NCBI GenBank assembly: GCA_048013815.1
Contig: CM106585.1
Location: 19,158,001-19,222,000 of the forward strand
Length of the DNA: 64,000 bases
Source of the DNA: Setoptus koraiensis
Lineage: Eukaryota > Animalia > Arthropoda
Reading direction: 5' to 3'
The translations under genes were made by a program, and so were the position numbers. Shown one piece after another: positions 13,601-25,754 of this stretch. Each line of letters starts with the position of its first letter. The first letter of the stretch is position 1. A model generated the notes under the pieces. The model searched no databases, was not told the origin of the DNA, and saw only the letters and a program-made list of their open reading frames with translations.

Positions 13601-16600
13601 TATTATTATTACGCAATCCGTTCATCTGCCAGGGTATTTTGGGCAGCGGATTTGCGTTGAAGGTGCAACAACAACAAAGACAAAAGCACATGATAAGACG
13701 CCGGGTACCAGCCGCCACACTTATCCAGTGTTTGTGGCGTTGTTATGCCGCCGACGAGAATTCAATGTCGGTGGCAACATGGAAAATACACCAGGTCCAA
13801 TTACCGTCGCCGCCAGCGTAAGTAGCAAGCTCACAATGTCAAGCCAGTGTCTAATTGCACCAATGTTATGCATCGCACGCACTAATGCACCTAATTGATA
13901 TCAACTACTTGTGTGCTGATTGCCGCTTGGCTAGAGATTTAATTAGCGATTTGGCATTGGTTTGTTTTGTGTTTTTTCAATGGACACTTGATTGAGTCGT
14001 TGCCCCCCCTTTGAGACTCATCCGTTTTGGCAGCATTATCTGTTATTGTTTTTTGGCTTTGCATCGTTTGTTTGCCTGTTTTTGCTAGTGTTTGCACGCT
14101 GATGGTCGCGGATGTTTGCGCCCGGCGATTTTCGCGCAAATCAACCGTCTGCATCAGATGCGAATTTCGCACAGATATTCACAGAGCTTCCATGTCAACT
14201 TGTGAGGCCAGCTAGTCAATGAATATTTCGGAGGTCGCGGCCGCATTCACGCACGGATGACGGCACTGATGTCCGTCGGCACTGATATTCGCATGGTTTG
14301 CATGAGCACAGTTGATTGGTCAAAGCGATGCGATTGTGCAATATTAATTAGCTGGTCGCCTCTGTCGACAACGGCAAATGCGGCAGCTGTAGTTGAGTGG
14401 CAGTGACCAGCGAACGCGAACAAGATGAAATCATTACTCGCCATCAATTACACACAAACACCTGACTATTTTACCTAATTACACATACCTGTCCTCATTT
14501 CGTCATCGCCCCCGTCGCACTCGTCACCCGAAACACAATCGCACAATCAATTTATTTGATTCAAATAAACAAAAACACACTCACGTTTGGCCTCTACTGT
14601 GCCTAGTGGCGCCCTGATTTCGAGCGCACTAAATAAATCAATTATTAGGAGAGGCACAGCTCAACGAGACAGGCCAGAGTCGACATCTTCGTTTGGTTCA
14701 GCTAGTTTGTAAGTAGCATGCAATTTCCACTGTCATTAATTTGGTCATTCCATTAATTTGTGTCACAAATTGTGTGTGCGTGTGTGTCAGTTTCGGTGAG
14801 TCGTCTCGGCCAGTGGTCGAAAAAAAAAAAAAAAATTTCACCTGTCGGCCGGCCGGCGTTGTTACGTGCTCACCGAAACACACCTATTGTATCACCATTT
14901 GCTTTCAAGCCCTATGTTCAAGCACACGTCGATATTGCACAGATGGCAGCACCTTCCTGGTGACGACCTCACCTGGAAGGTGAGTTACTGACATCACTAT
15001 TCACCCGCACCAACATATGGGTCGGACAGAATAATTTTATGCGATTATTTATCATAATTATTTATGTTGTCTCCCTTTCATTCACTTACGCTGTGGGCTA
15101 ACTCTATCTGATTTCTCTCATCATTACGTAACACACTCAAATAACATGACACACGTTTACTCAAATGTGAACGCATCGAACGGTGTCGATACGTCGCGAT
15201 AATGAACAACGAAATGGCGACGTCCCGTTCAGTTTCAAGCACAACACGTCGTTCGTGAGCCGTCTATCCACCATTAGGAGACACAAATCGCCCAGCTCAA
15301 CGGGCGCCCTGGGCGCCACTATATCGGCGCTAGGTCCATCAACGTCGCTATGCACGCCCGCTGTTGCCGCTGTCAGCCAGGCGACAGGTGCTCAACAACA
15401 ACAACAACAGCAGCAACAACAGCAGCAACAACAACAACAACAACAGCAACAACAACAACAGCAACAGCAATCAAGCCAAATGAATCAAAATATTGCGTCT
15501 ACTAGCAATAACTGTGAGGACAATCAACAACCGAATAGCAGAAGGGGCACACCAACAAACCAACATCAGCCTGTGGGGCCAAGTTTGAGTGAGCCACCTA
15601 GCGGAAGTGCTGGCTTGGCGCATCGAAAGGACAGTGAACAAACAAACAAACAAGCGCCCACCACGGCGAGTCAGGCGCCGGTTCTCATGTCAGCCGTTTC
15701 CGTTGTGTCGCCGCCAACTACGTCGACAACTAACGCTGCCAGTCACAAAGCAACAATTAGCAACGATGAACAACAACAACAACGACAAAATAGCAGCAGG
15801 CATGCAACCACTGCCACATCTTTTGCCATAGACATGGCCAACCAAGACCGAGACACAACTTCCGGTGCACAAACGGCGCCACCTACATCTAAAGAATTGC
15901 GCTCTCCTATGGCTATTGGCGGTGCACAGCAGCAAGCAGCAATTTGTCGACCCATTAGAACAATATTGCGTAATCGTTTGTCGGCCAGTCTCAGCCAAGA
16001 CGACGGATTTGAGCGTGCTGCAGTGCCCATGGATCCGACAGAGGCCATTGTTGCCACTAGTACACCCACCCAACCTGCTACTGCCATTGTTAGACTGTCT
16101 GGTAATAATAATAATGATATTTTAACAACGACAACAACAGCTACTCCCCCTACCACCACTGCCACTACAACTGCCATAGATTGTGCCGTTGATATAACAA
16201 ATAAATTGCATCATAACGTGCCGCTAATTGGACAAAATAAACAGATAAGACAGGCACGAAGTGTCGGCTATGACTCCTCAGCAAAACGAAATGCCTCTGA
16301 TGGTAAGTGTTGCAAGCAGACAAGCATTTTACTTTTATTTTATTTTTCATTTTATTTACTACAAACCGATCGATGCTGGACAAGAGCTGGTGACAGGGGA
16401 AGTCGCGCAAATTGGCACGACTGAATAGAGCGGCTTCTAATCATGAAAATATGTCACTGAAAAGTGTCAGTTTTTGACGTGCAAGCACGAAAAAAAAAAA
16501 TTTGCGCTTTCGAAGGAAAATTTCGGAGAAAATTGCTCACTCATAGAAAACTTCGACGAACCCAACGGGGACAACATCATCAAGGATGTTGTTCTGTCGT

Positions 16601-18491
16601 TGTTTGTTTGTTGATTTGCTTGCTCTTTTTCTTGGCTGTTTGTCCACTTGCGCTTGCGACAAGATGATTCCCAAATTTTAAAATGTGCCCCATGTAATCA
16701 AATTAAATAACACAAGAGAAAACTAACGCTCATCTCTCTACTCACACACTTGGTCACTCGCGGACAATGCCGATGCGAAAACTAATCGATATTAGATGAT
16801 GAAGGCAACGATGAAGTGAAATTTACCGTGCTAACAAAGCAGCACAAGAATGCTATTAGATCATTGAGAAAAATCAAATATTTTGTTGCCAGGCGCAAAT
16901 TTCGCGAAGCTTTACGACCCTATGATGTAAAAGATGTGATTGAGCAATATTCTGCCGGCCACGTTGATTTGTTGAGTCGCGTGAAAAATCTTCAAGCAAG
17001 GTAGGCTCCTCCGTTGACATAACGTGTATACTGTATTCAGTTTTTTTGTCCCCATTCGTGATATCTAATATCTGTTTTGATTGCGTCCACACTATGACAA
17101 ACAAATGATTCAAAAAATGAAGACTGGATTCCATTTTAGGTAAATGTGGCTCAAAGGCGAAAGATGTCTACGAATCCAAACTGAGCTTGGCCTCGCGCAT
17201 TGTCAAAGTGGAAAGAACGGTTAGTAAAGTAGTGCCAGAGCAACCGAATCAATGTCCTCATAAGACACGAATGTGCACATAAATAACTACATATCAATGT
17301 TTGTATGGATGTTTAAAACAGGTTGAGGACATTGAAACAAAATTGGACCAATTCCTAGAGATGTATATGATTGATAGGCGATCATCGGCCAACTTACTCC
17401 AAAACACTGCCCACCGACAGATCCAGGAGCCTCTAGACAATTTGGCGCCACCACCTCCAATACAAGAGGCCCATCCAGCTGATGATAATATAATTAATAA
17501 TAATAATCATGGTACAAGATCAATTGTTAGACATTCGCTGGGGCCAGCAGGTAGGTGGCGCCCACAAACAACTAGCGGCGGTATGCTAAGTTCAAGTTTA
17601 CAAGCGCTCAATATAGGCCCTAGTGTGGCCAACAAAACAGCACGATCTAGTTGTAATATTCTGACAACATCTAGAACATTTGACAAAACAACTGGCACTG
17701 CTGCTAATTTGTCGTCATTCAATCTACAACAATCACAACAACCGTATCGTGTTGGCCAGACCTCAGACTCACCTGTTCGCGATGTCTTTCCGTTTAAAGC
17801 AAGCACTAGCAGAGTAACTGGTAAGAATAAACAAATGATGCAAACTCACTGTGGTGCTGGCGCTGGTAGTAGCAGCAGATCAACAGATGATCAACAAACA
17901 ACAACAACAACAACAACAAGTGTATTTATGAGACGAATTAGCGATACAACCCAACAATCTGACGCAACAACGCACGACAATTGCACTCCATTAGATTCCG
18001 TCGATGAACAACACCTCACCTATCTGTCTGAAGAACAATTAGAACAGCAATTAACAAGCACTTCCGGTGCTGGTCCAAACACAACAAGTATGCTGGATTT
18101 GTCTATTGCCTCTAGTGCCGATTATGATGTTTTTACCAGTAGAAAACAACAACAACAACAGAGACAGCATTTACAACAACAACAACAATTGCAGCCTCAA
18201 ACAAGTAGCTCGACAAGTGATTCAACTGCGCATCAACAACAACAGCAACAAGTCAGACAGTCTAGTGGCGGTGGCCAGGCCGCTCAATTACACGTGTATC
18301 AACGACAATCAAGCCAGGACGGCGAGGCCGATTTTGATTGTGAGCTAATGAAACAACAACTTCCGGTGCCTGGTCATTTGTCGCCACAATCAGCTTCTTC
18401 GGTGTCCGATCCGTCAGTAACAACAACAATCGGTGCCACAGATAACAACGATGGTCAAACTGATGCTGGCCAGACTGAACAGGACCACTGA
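5500..18491 (+). CDS. KCNQ: KCNQ/Kv7 voltage-gated potassium channel, 11-12 coding exons, about 1,930 aa if the whole first ORF is used; true start uncertain
   Basis: Phase-consistent GT-AG model join(5500..7925,10978..11068,11505..11631,11775..11950,12978..13103,13270..13380,13633..13817,[14923..14979],15233..16302,16796..17000,17123..17219,17322..18491). It encodes FLEQPRG..YH (pre-S1), S4 [30 protein letters not shown]5 [25 protein letters not shown], pore [19 protein letters not shown]6 [18 protein letters not shown], helix [12 protein letters not shown], helix [38 protein letters not shown] and helix [13 protein letters not shown]. Confidence 0.97.
7610..7680 (+). repeat. (AAC)n microsatellite encoding poly-Asn in KCNQ exon 1
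   Basis: Near-pure AAC run; other CAA/CAG runs at 5907-5925, 6085-6160, 7240-7290 and 15394-15470. Confidence 0.95.
8203..8317. promoter_or_regulatory. 29-bp tandem repeat (4 degenerate copies) in KCNQ intron 1, each carrying a PAR-bZIP/D-box-type site
   Basis: Unit GAATAGTGACGAAAYGTTAGTTACGTAAC; sites GTTACGTAAC 8223-8232 and 8252-8261, GTTACGCAAC 8281-8290, GTTATGTAAT 8308-8317; family consensus is RTTAYGTAAY. Confidence 0.55.
10697..10749. repeat. 21-bp tandem repeat x2.5 containing ACCGGAAAT (ETS-type core)
   Basis: CAACCGGAAATACTTTTTATT twice plus CAACCGGAAAT, about 230 bp upstream of KCNQ exon 2. Confidence 0.8.
14923..14979 (+). CDS. KCNQ: Candidate 57-nt frame-preserving cassette exon of KCNQ (A-B linker)
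   Basis: Acceptor tatgttcaAG|C, strong donor AAG|GTGAGT; phase 2 in and phase 2 out between exons ending at 13817 and starting at 15233; adds [18 protein letters not shown] with no stop. Confidence 0.55.
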
Positions 18492-19724
18492 GAAGCCCGA
18501 TTCATCTTCTTTTATATTCTGGCGATCACGTTTCAAGAGATGAATCGAGTCTACTGTGTGATTTTTATAATGATTTAAATAGTTTGAGCACACAAATATG
18601 ATATAATGTATAATAAAATTGATTTAAATCACTGGTGAAAATGTAATAGAATAACAGAAATTGTCACGATTCGAGGCATTCGCCCTGTCTTTCGATTGAT
18701 TCTGTAACTCATATTGTCGATACCTGTTTTCATTCCTCAATTGGTCACTCATCGGTGCATAAACTCTCGTTTTGAACTTCTCAAGCCAAACACACGTGCA
18801 CACATTTTCGCTCGAAATAGCAATTCTTCGATCGCTCGAAGTCAAGTATTTCATTAAATATTTCCATGCTTAAAGATGCAGCATGTGATACCGGATTGGT
18901 GCGCTGCGTTGACTGTTATTGTTTTCGAAGCGCACCATCTGTTACAGAAAATAACAATCTAAAAATAGAAATCTGGTTTGATAGGTACATTCTAACCGAT
19001 TTTCAATTCCTTATCAGTTCGAATTTACCATATTTTGGCTTCATCATCCAGATTGAGACCAGATGTATCAGAATTCAACTATTATGCAATCCGATCGTCA
19101 GTGCTGCGTAAGAACTCGCTCTTGAATAAAGGGTTCGCACTACGAACTTGTTATAGACTAGCAAATCCACTAGACTGACTCATATGTATTGACCTTGTGA
19201 GGCTGGATTATTGCTTTAATGGCTCATAATAACCCACAGTGTCATAAATAAATATTATTATATTCTCACACTGAACTTTATTGATTTCGTGTTTGTCGTA
19301 GAGCAATTTGCCCTTATCTGAGGAGCTGATAATATTGGTTTCCCTCGACTGTTTCCGTCTTAAACATAATATTGCAAGTGTAGTCCTGTTTCACTCATAT
19401 AGCTGGTTGTGCATGATTTCAAAGTCATATATTGCAGAAATCGTAAAAATTGTCAACAGAATATGAACAATATTGGGATTCACTTTCACAAAAAGTTAAT
19501 TCCAACTGGATCAGTGAACGCATAACTAGTAAACAAAAAACTTAAAGTAATAAAGACTTGATAACTTGTCTACAGCACCAGATAATTGAGCAACAAGTGG
19601 TCGCGGCAAAATACTATATAATATCAAAGCATCCGTACGATCTAATTTGACACCGCTCCAGGAAGAACACAACAGCAAAACTGCATATACAAACAAAGAA
19701 TTGTTCCTGTTAATTCGAAACGCT

Positions 19725-20615
19725 ATGCTGGCCTTACTCTGTCGAAGTGGTGTCTCGCTCTTGCTGATTGCCTACCTAACTCAGTTTTTAGGCGAGACAT
19801 ATTGCGAACAAGATGTATTGCCTGGCAGATCTTGGAAAATAGAGAGACATCAAACGCGAACATATAATCATGAAAATCATGTTCAAGACGCCACCAGAGC
19901 GAAACGTGTTAATCGGGCTGTTTCCAACAAAGGCAAAGAAAAAAACGAAATCCACCAAGATGAAAAAGATGATCAAGATGAATGTTATGACGATTTCATC
20001 ACGGACTGCTTGCAAACCCACGATATGTACCGAGCGTGGCATGGAGTGGCACCCCTCGAGGCCAACAAAAAAGTAAGATCAGTCATAGAGGCAAGCAGAG
20101 ATATTTTTCTGAAATGCTTTTTGTTGAAGTTGTTTTTTCGAAGGCTTAACAGAAGCTTGATGATAAATCATTTCATTTTACTCAATCATTTCAATCAAAA
20201 ATAGCTGATGGATTACGCACAAAAGCGAGCCAATAAACTGGCCGAAACAGACTCTCTCGAGCATCCGGCCGATTCGCCATACGGAGAGAATTTGGCCTAT
20301 CATTCGCAAAAGAAAAGCACCTGTGGTGATCTAGTTAAGATGTGGTATGATGAGAACGAATCGTACGATTATCAAAATCCAGGCTTCGATGGGGCCACTG
20401 GTCATTTTACGCAATTGGTCTGGAAGGATTCAGCTCGAATAGGTTGTGCACGTAGTTTCAGCAACAAAGGAGTCTATTTGGCTTGCAATTATGACCCGCC
20501 AGGTAACGTCATGGGCCAGTTCAAAGACCAAGTGCCCCCACCGAAAGATGGCGCCAAAGAGAACAAGCCTCCAGCAAACAAAGGCAAAAGGAACTGTCGA
20601 CAGACCAACTCTTAG
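19725..20615 (+). CDS. Secreted CAP/SCP superfamily protein (GAPR-1/GLIPR2-like domain), 252 aa, 2 exons
   Basis: join(19725..20072,20205..20615), phase-0 intron GTAAGA..AAAAATAG. Hydrophobic N-terminus MLALLCRSGVSLLLIAYLTQFLG; CAP motifs CLQTHDMYRAWHGVAPL, YGENL, WYDE, GHFTQLVWKDSARIGCA, ACNYDPPGN. Confidence 0.92.
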
Positions 20616-21372
20616 ATAACCACACTAATTAGATTGGCACGGACAGTATTCTTACAGTTTACAGTCTAAGAACTCCATTGTGAACAAAATCAATTTGTAC
20701 TGTCATGAAAGAGTGTGCCCCGATAATGAAAGACGAAAGAAACGAAGCAAATCTCGTCGCTCAACCGTCTCAGAAAAATCATGCTGCACTTTTTTTTTCT
20801 GGTACAGCTTGAGTAAATCTTTCTCCAAGCTAAGTTCGCTGCTTCAATTCTAGTTAATATTCCGACTCTAGATAGTCAATTTTTGCTTTTGTTACGATCA
20901 TGAAATACGTACGTACAAAATACTATCATCATTGTTCTCACGCAAGTTTTTTTTTGCGCGCAAAAACTAACATATCCCAGAGAACAGTATTTCAGCCATT
21001 GCATTAGACTGTCTCTGACCTTAATTTTACCTATCGAGAAGCAGTTCATGGACCGTTGCAGAAACGTCCCATGAAGACACGTTGTGACTTTCTACCATTT
21101 GACTGAATACTATCATATAACTATTGTCAATTATGATTTGTTCTTGCCCTATTGAAATCGTGGCGTGCCGCCGAAATATCAATAAAGCTTTCTTTATACC
21201 AGGCACTCTTTTCCCGATACTGTTACGGTTTCGTTCGAATCGAATTCGATCGTGAAAAAATAAACCACGAAGCTACTTATGTTGATACAGTTTTATCTTC
21301 AAGACACGAACCAATTAGGAAGGATTAATTCAAGCGTTAGAAACGAAGTAAATTGCTCAATATACGAAAAGG

Positions 21373-23351
21373 ATGGTCAGATCCATTTTCAAGGCCGAGT
21401 GGTTTGGTCGGCTGATGAGAAATTGTTCGAAAAATAGAGAGAATCCATTCAGGTTCAATTTATTCTGCATAGGTAAAAACTTTATTGATTTTTTTGTTCC
21501 TACTCATGTCACCAACTCTCGGGATCACCACAAATATGGCGGAGGAGAAAGAGTGTTCTACGTGATGGCTAGACACAACAAAGTACAATTAGTTTTGCAC
21601 TGCTTGCAATTGCTTTATATTGTTGTGTGGCTCACACAAACGGGCTACAATGGATTTGGTTTCAATGATAATGTATCATCTGTCGACAGCGGATATGATC
21701 ACGATGATAAAACACGTCGATCCTCACTCGCTTCAATCTGTGTCAATATATGGATGTTTGTTAAGCAAGTTTTAATCTTTGATCATTGGCATCTTGCAAA
21801 CAGTCGTCGAAGGCTGAATATTTTGATGTTCATGTTTGTAGCAAACACGGGTCTTCAACGATCATATTATCTTCTTAGAATACAAATACCCAAAAAAAGG
21901 CGCCCTAAGCTCGCATACTCATGTATGGTTGACGGGGAACCTACTCTATCAGCAGGTGACATGGGTCTCATGGATGATGATGTTAGGTACACTGAATTTT
22001 TGACCGCGCCCAAATTATCTCTGAGAGAATATGTAATTTTTTGTTTAACCAACAGGCCATTGGATGAGAATCTAACAAGAAAATATCCAATATTGAGACA
22101 AATGACCGAACAAGATGTGCTCGAGATTGATCTCATGGCAATACAGTGGAGCAATGAACTACTCTGCGCTCCTGCAGTATATCGAAATATAACTCGAGCA
22201 GTTCTCACATTTCTAGCGATGAATTTGCTTTGGTTTCTATTAATTGTCATATCTTATCGTCCGGCTACGTTTAGGAACCCGGTCTTATCAGTAGATCCGA
22301 GTTTGGACTATGTGAGATATTTAGATCGAGTGTTTGTTGTGTTCTTGAACACGCTCACTTATCTCGATTCTTTCCACGTCATTGGATTATCGATGGTATT
22401 GTCGGGTCGATTGTGCATTTTCAACAATCAGTTATTACATTTCATTAATGAAGGCCGCTCCATGAAACTCATCAAAAATTATATTCACCCTGGTCGTGAG
22501 AAAGAGCGAGAACATAAATATGGGCAACTAGTGGTGAGATTTCCGACGAGAGAAGAGGAAATTGGTGAATTTATTCGAAGAAAGATGATGATACACAATT
22601 GTGAGCTCAATTCAAAGAAGAAATGCGAAAAAATTATCACTGTTCTGCATCAGTTATTGTTCGAAATGAAGCAGATCAAGGAGAAATTTACTACGCGAAC
22701 TAACATCGACTTATCCATGACACTATGCGCTGTAACCTGGGTTTTTAGTAGCTTTATAAACACAGTTAACAGTTGTTCGGCATGCGGAACGAGAGCTGCG
22801 TTCAGGATCTCACTGGTTGGTTTTGCATATACACTCAATGTAACTATGCATATCTTTTTCCTGGCAGAGCTACCTCGAAAGGTAATATCACGAAACAAGT
22901 TTTATATATAATTGAGTATTTTCTTGCACATATTTTTGATATTTCTGCGGTATTTGCACTCACCTTTGCCTTTATATATCCTACGATTACATTTGTGGCA
23001 TGAACTTGAAAATAGCTCAAACTCATCAATGCGAACATCATGTATCTGCTGGCCACACATCCGCTGTTGCAGCCGAAATGTAGAAATGAGCTCCTGGAGA
23101 CATCAATTCATATTGCAGGAAGCGCTGAGACATCGTTTGTATTGTTCCATGTGATCAGAATAACCCGTGATAGCTTTTTCACAGTCAGTAGTATTCCAGC
23201 AAATTAAACAGTATATTCTGAAAATCGTCTGCCAAATTATCAAACTAATCAGCATCATTTTTTTTTTGTACTCCAATATCAACAGATCATTGTGTGGCTC
23301 ACGTCGGCAGTATACACATTCATTCAGTTTGGACAGAATTTTCTGTATTAG
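21373..23351 (+). CDS. Gustatory-receptor-like 7TM chemoreceptor, about 580 aa, 3 exons
   Basis: join(21373..22881,23016..23183,23286..23351), two phase-0 introns near the C-terminus as is typical for arthropod GRs; several hydrophobic segments; C-terminus ..FVLFHVIRITRDSFFT|IIVWLTSAVYTFIQFGQNFLY* resembles the GR TM7 TYhhhhhQF motif. Confidence 0.7.
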
Positions 23352-23520
23352 ATGTGTAGTTTATTTATCAATCTCATGATTAGCATTGATTTGCAGAATG
23401 AAACATTCTCTGGGTCAGAAAACAACACAAGCTATCAATGATTGAATGAATAATTGACTTTGTCAATTTGACGATGTCCTCAGCGGTCTCATTTGCTTCG
23501 CTTGTCCATTCCCTATTCGA

Positions 23521-24436
23521 TTACATGTGGAATGGGAACTGGGTGCACTTGTTGATCGAATAACAATATGCTAGCGAGTGTTTGGCATCAATCTCGTGCT
23601 CCGAGAAGGCATCCAGATATCTGCTCACTGCGATGGGTTCCATCTCGGTGTTTCGGAGCAACTCACGCAAAAGTTCTCGCGCCAATCTCCAGCCCGATGC
23701 TTGAAACATGTAACCAACCTTTGTTATTTTATCCATTCTATTAATATATTCGGGAAGTCTGGCTGCCATACTGTCTCCCGCCACCCTGACTACGCCAGCA
23801 CAAAGGTGGCAATCGTCAGCCTGATCCCATTTATCGTCGGCTTTATCCTCGGGCTTCGCTGGTGATGGACATACGCCGACAGCGTAACAATTGGCATTCT
23901 CATCCAACTTGCTCAGGAAATCAGAGACTTTTGTGACCAGAACTGGGCACTGAAGTTGAAATGAGATTAACATTTTTGTATGTATTAATATTATATTCTA
24001 TGAATGATGTCAGGTCACACAATAATAGACCGAAGTCAAGTCAGTTTAATTTTCGCAACTGAGAAGAATATACTCACAACTGCCTCGGGAAAGGGAAAGA
24101 ATTTTCTAAACACAGTATTACAGATAGCTGTGAGTTTTTTTGGGATGGTTTCGCTCGATTTCAATTGCTTGAGGAAGGTCAAGCATTCGTCACATTTGTA
24201 ACTGGTGTCGTTGGCCGATAAGGCTTTCGATGATTCTCCGGACAGTTGGCCGTCGATGGAATCTAGATTGGCCAAGTGTGTAGCTGATGAAATGTCACAC
24301 ACAAAAAAATTACTCATGAAGATTCAATGTCTGTATGGATTGTGTCATTGACGATAAGGAAACAAAATTGTCTCTACTACATACCTGCTGCCAATCCCAA
24401 GAAGGGAATCAAGAAAATCAATATTTTACTTTGCAT
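23521..24436 (-). CDS. Secreted saposin-like protein A (two SapB-type domains), 228 aa, 3 exons
   Basis: complement(join(23521..23949,24078..24283,24385..24436)). Signal peptide MQSKILIFLIPFLGLAAA; domain 1 C-x2-C..C..C..C-x5-C; domain 2 C-x2-C...C-x5-C; donors GTATGT/GTGAGT, acceptors CAG/CAG. Confidence 0.8.
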
Positions 24437-24550
24437 GGTCTCAGATTTGTCGCACAATCAACTTTTTGACACAATGATAATAGGTGTGATTCTTTAGAGT
24501 TATTTGAATACTTAATTCTTGCGTTTGATGAGTCTGAAAAATGTCACTCA

Positions 24551-24558
24551 CTTATATA
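24551..24558 (-). promoter_or_regulatory. TATA-like box upstream of saposin gene A (mirrored at 27609-27616 for gene B)
   Basis: TATATAAG about 115 nt upstream of the ATG in both copies. Confidence 0.4.
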
Positions 24559-25754
24559 CTGTCCAGCTCGTCGCATATAGGACTGAGTATGGATGTTTCA
24601 GAACAGAGATAAAACAAAAACTATGACTAATAGATCGCCCGCAATGAAAATTCCAACCAGGTAAAAAAATGCCCCATGTATCGCGCATTCGATCAACAGT
24701 GAAACCACACTTATCTTCGTGCAATCTAGTAAATTATACAATTCCTACTAGTAATATAGATAAATATGAAAAGGACGTACACTTTTTCAGGTAGAATCGT
24801 TGTTGACAAATAATTTTCAACATTATAGAGACGAGGCAAGATAACGAATTTCGGTTTCGAATAATCGAGAAAAAAACAACTCTGAGCAGATTCATATCGA
24901 ATGAGTCATACATTCTCCCTATTCGCGAATTACGAAAACTCACATGATTGTTTATAAGTTCGATTGTTATCAAGTCACTTGATATTGGCTACTTCGATTC
25001 GCAACAGCGAAAGGTTGACTGCAAATAGACGTGCTTTTGAACTAAAGAGTCTGCGCCGACGCGAATAATGCATTTTGCACGGGGTGAATATCGACTTTTT
25101 TGTGATTGCTCCATCAATCGCATGAAAAAAATGTTCTCGTTGCGAGAAAGATAGAAAATACAAAGGTTTACGACCCGTGGTCAGATATAAGGCGAGAGAA
25201 GAGAAAATCAATGATTTCACTCGGAGACAGATAATGGGAATGAATGCGAGAAAGTCATCGCTGCTCACCATCAGTTAGTGTTAGAAATGAATATTTTGAG
25301 GGATTTTGCGCAGGGCAGACACTCGGCCTGCGCAGAAGGCTGAATAAATAGAAAATAATCAGAAATTCGCAAGAACAAAAATATCTGTCTTTGGTGTCTG
25401 CGGCGCATCAATTAACACGACCTTTGAGCCAACAATTCGCCCCTGGTGCAAATGCAAACTTATAATGACCAGTCCATGATCGATTGCATTGAAAGCGCTC
25501 GTAAATCATATATTTGAGTGATCATATTTATAGTTGAGTGGCTCTGGAAGTGCCAAAATCATCCATGAGTGTGAATGAACTGAATCTTTGGAATCTTCAG
25601 ACTCTCGTTTGCGATGCGCTCGCTCGGTGCCTGTTGCTCAGCATACGCGGCAGTATTCAATTACCACCGTGAATTGGTCGTAATGGCGAAAGTCTATTGA
25701 GAAAATAACAGTTTTATTGCGCTCGATGACTGGCTGTTGTTACAAAACGGCGCA

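Larger units (their letters stand above)
23339..25105. repeat. Left arm of about 1.7-kb inverted duplication (saposin gene A plus upstream region and 3' flank)
   Basis: Reverse complement matches 27139..28828 (e.g. 23339-23351 vs 28816-28828; saposin intron 2 has 9 differences in 128 nt); the left arm carries an extra ~75 bp near 24990-25063. Confidence 0.95.

Noticed and set aside
24734-24973. ORF MYDSFDMNLLRVV.. present in both inverted arms (also 27258..27479)
   Set aside because: Similarity follows from the recent duplication; the copies differ by a frameshift and lie in saposin upstream DNA.
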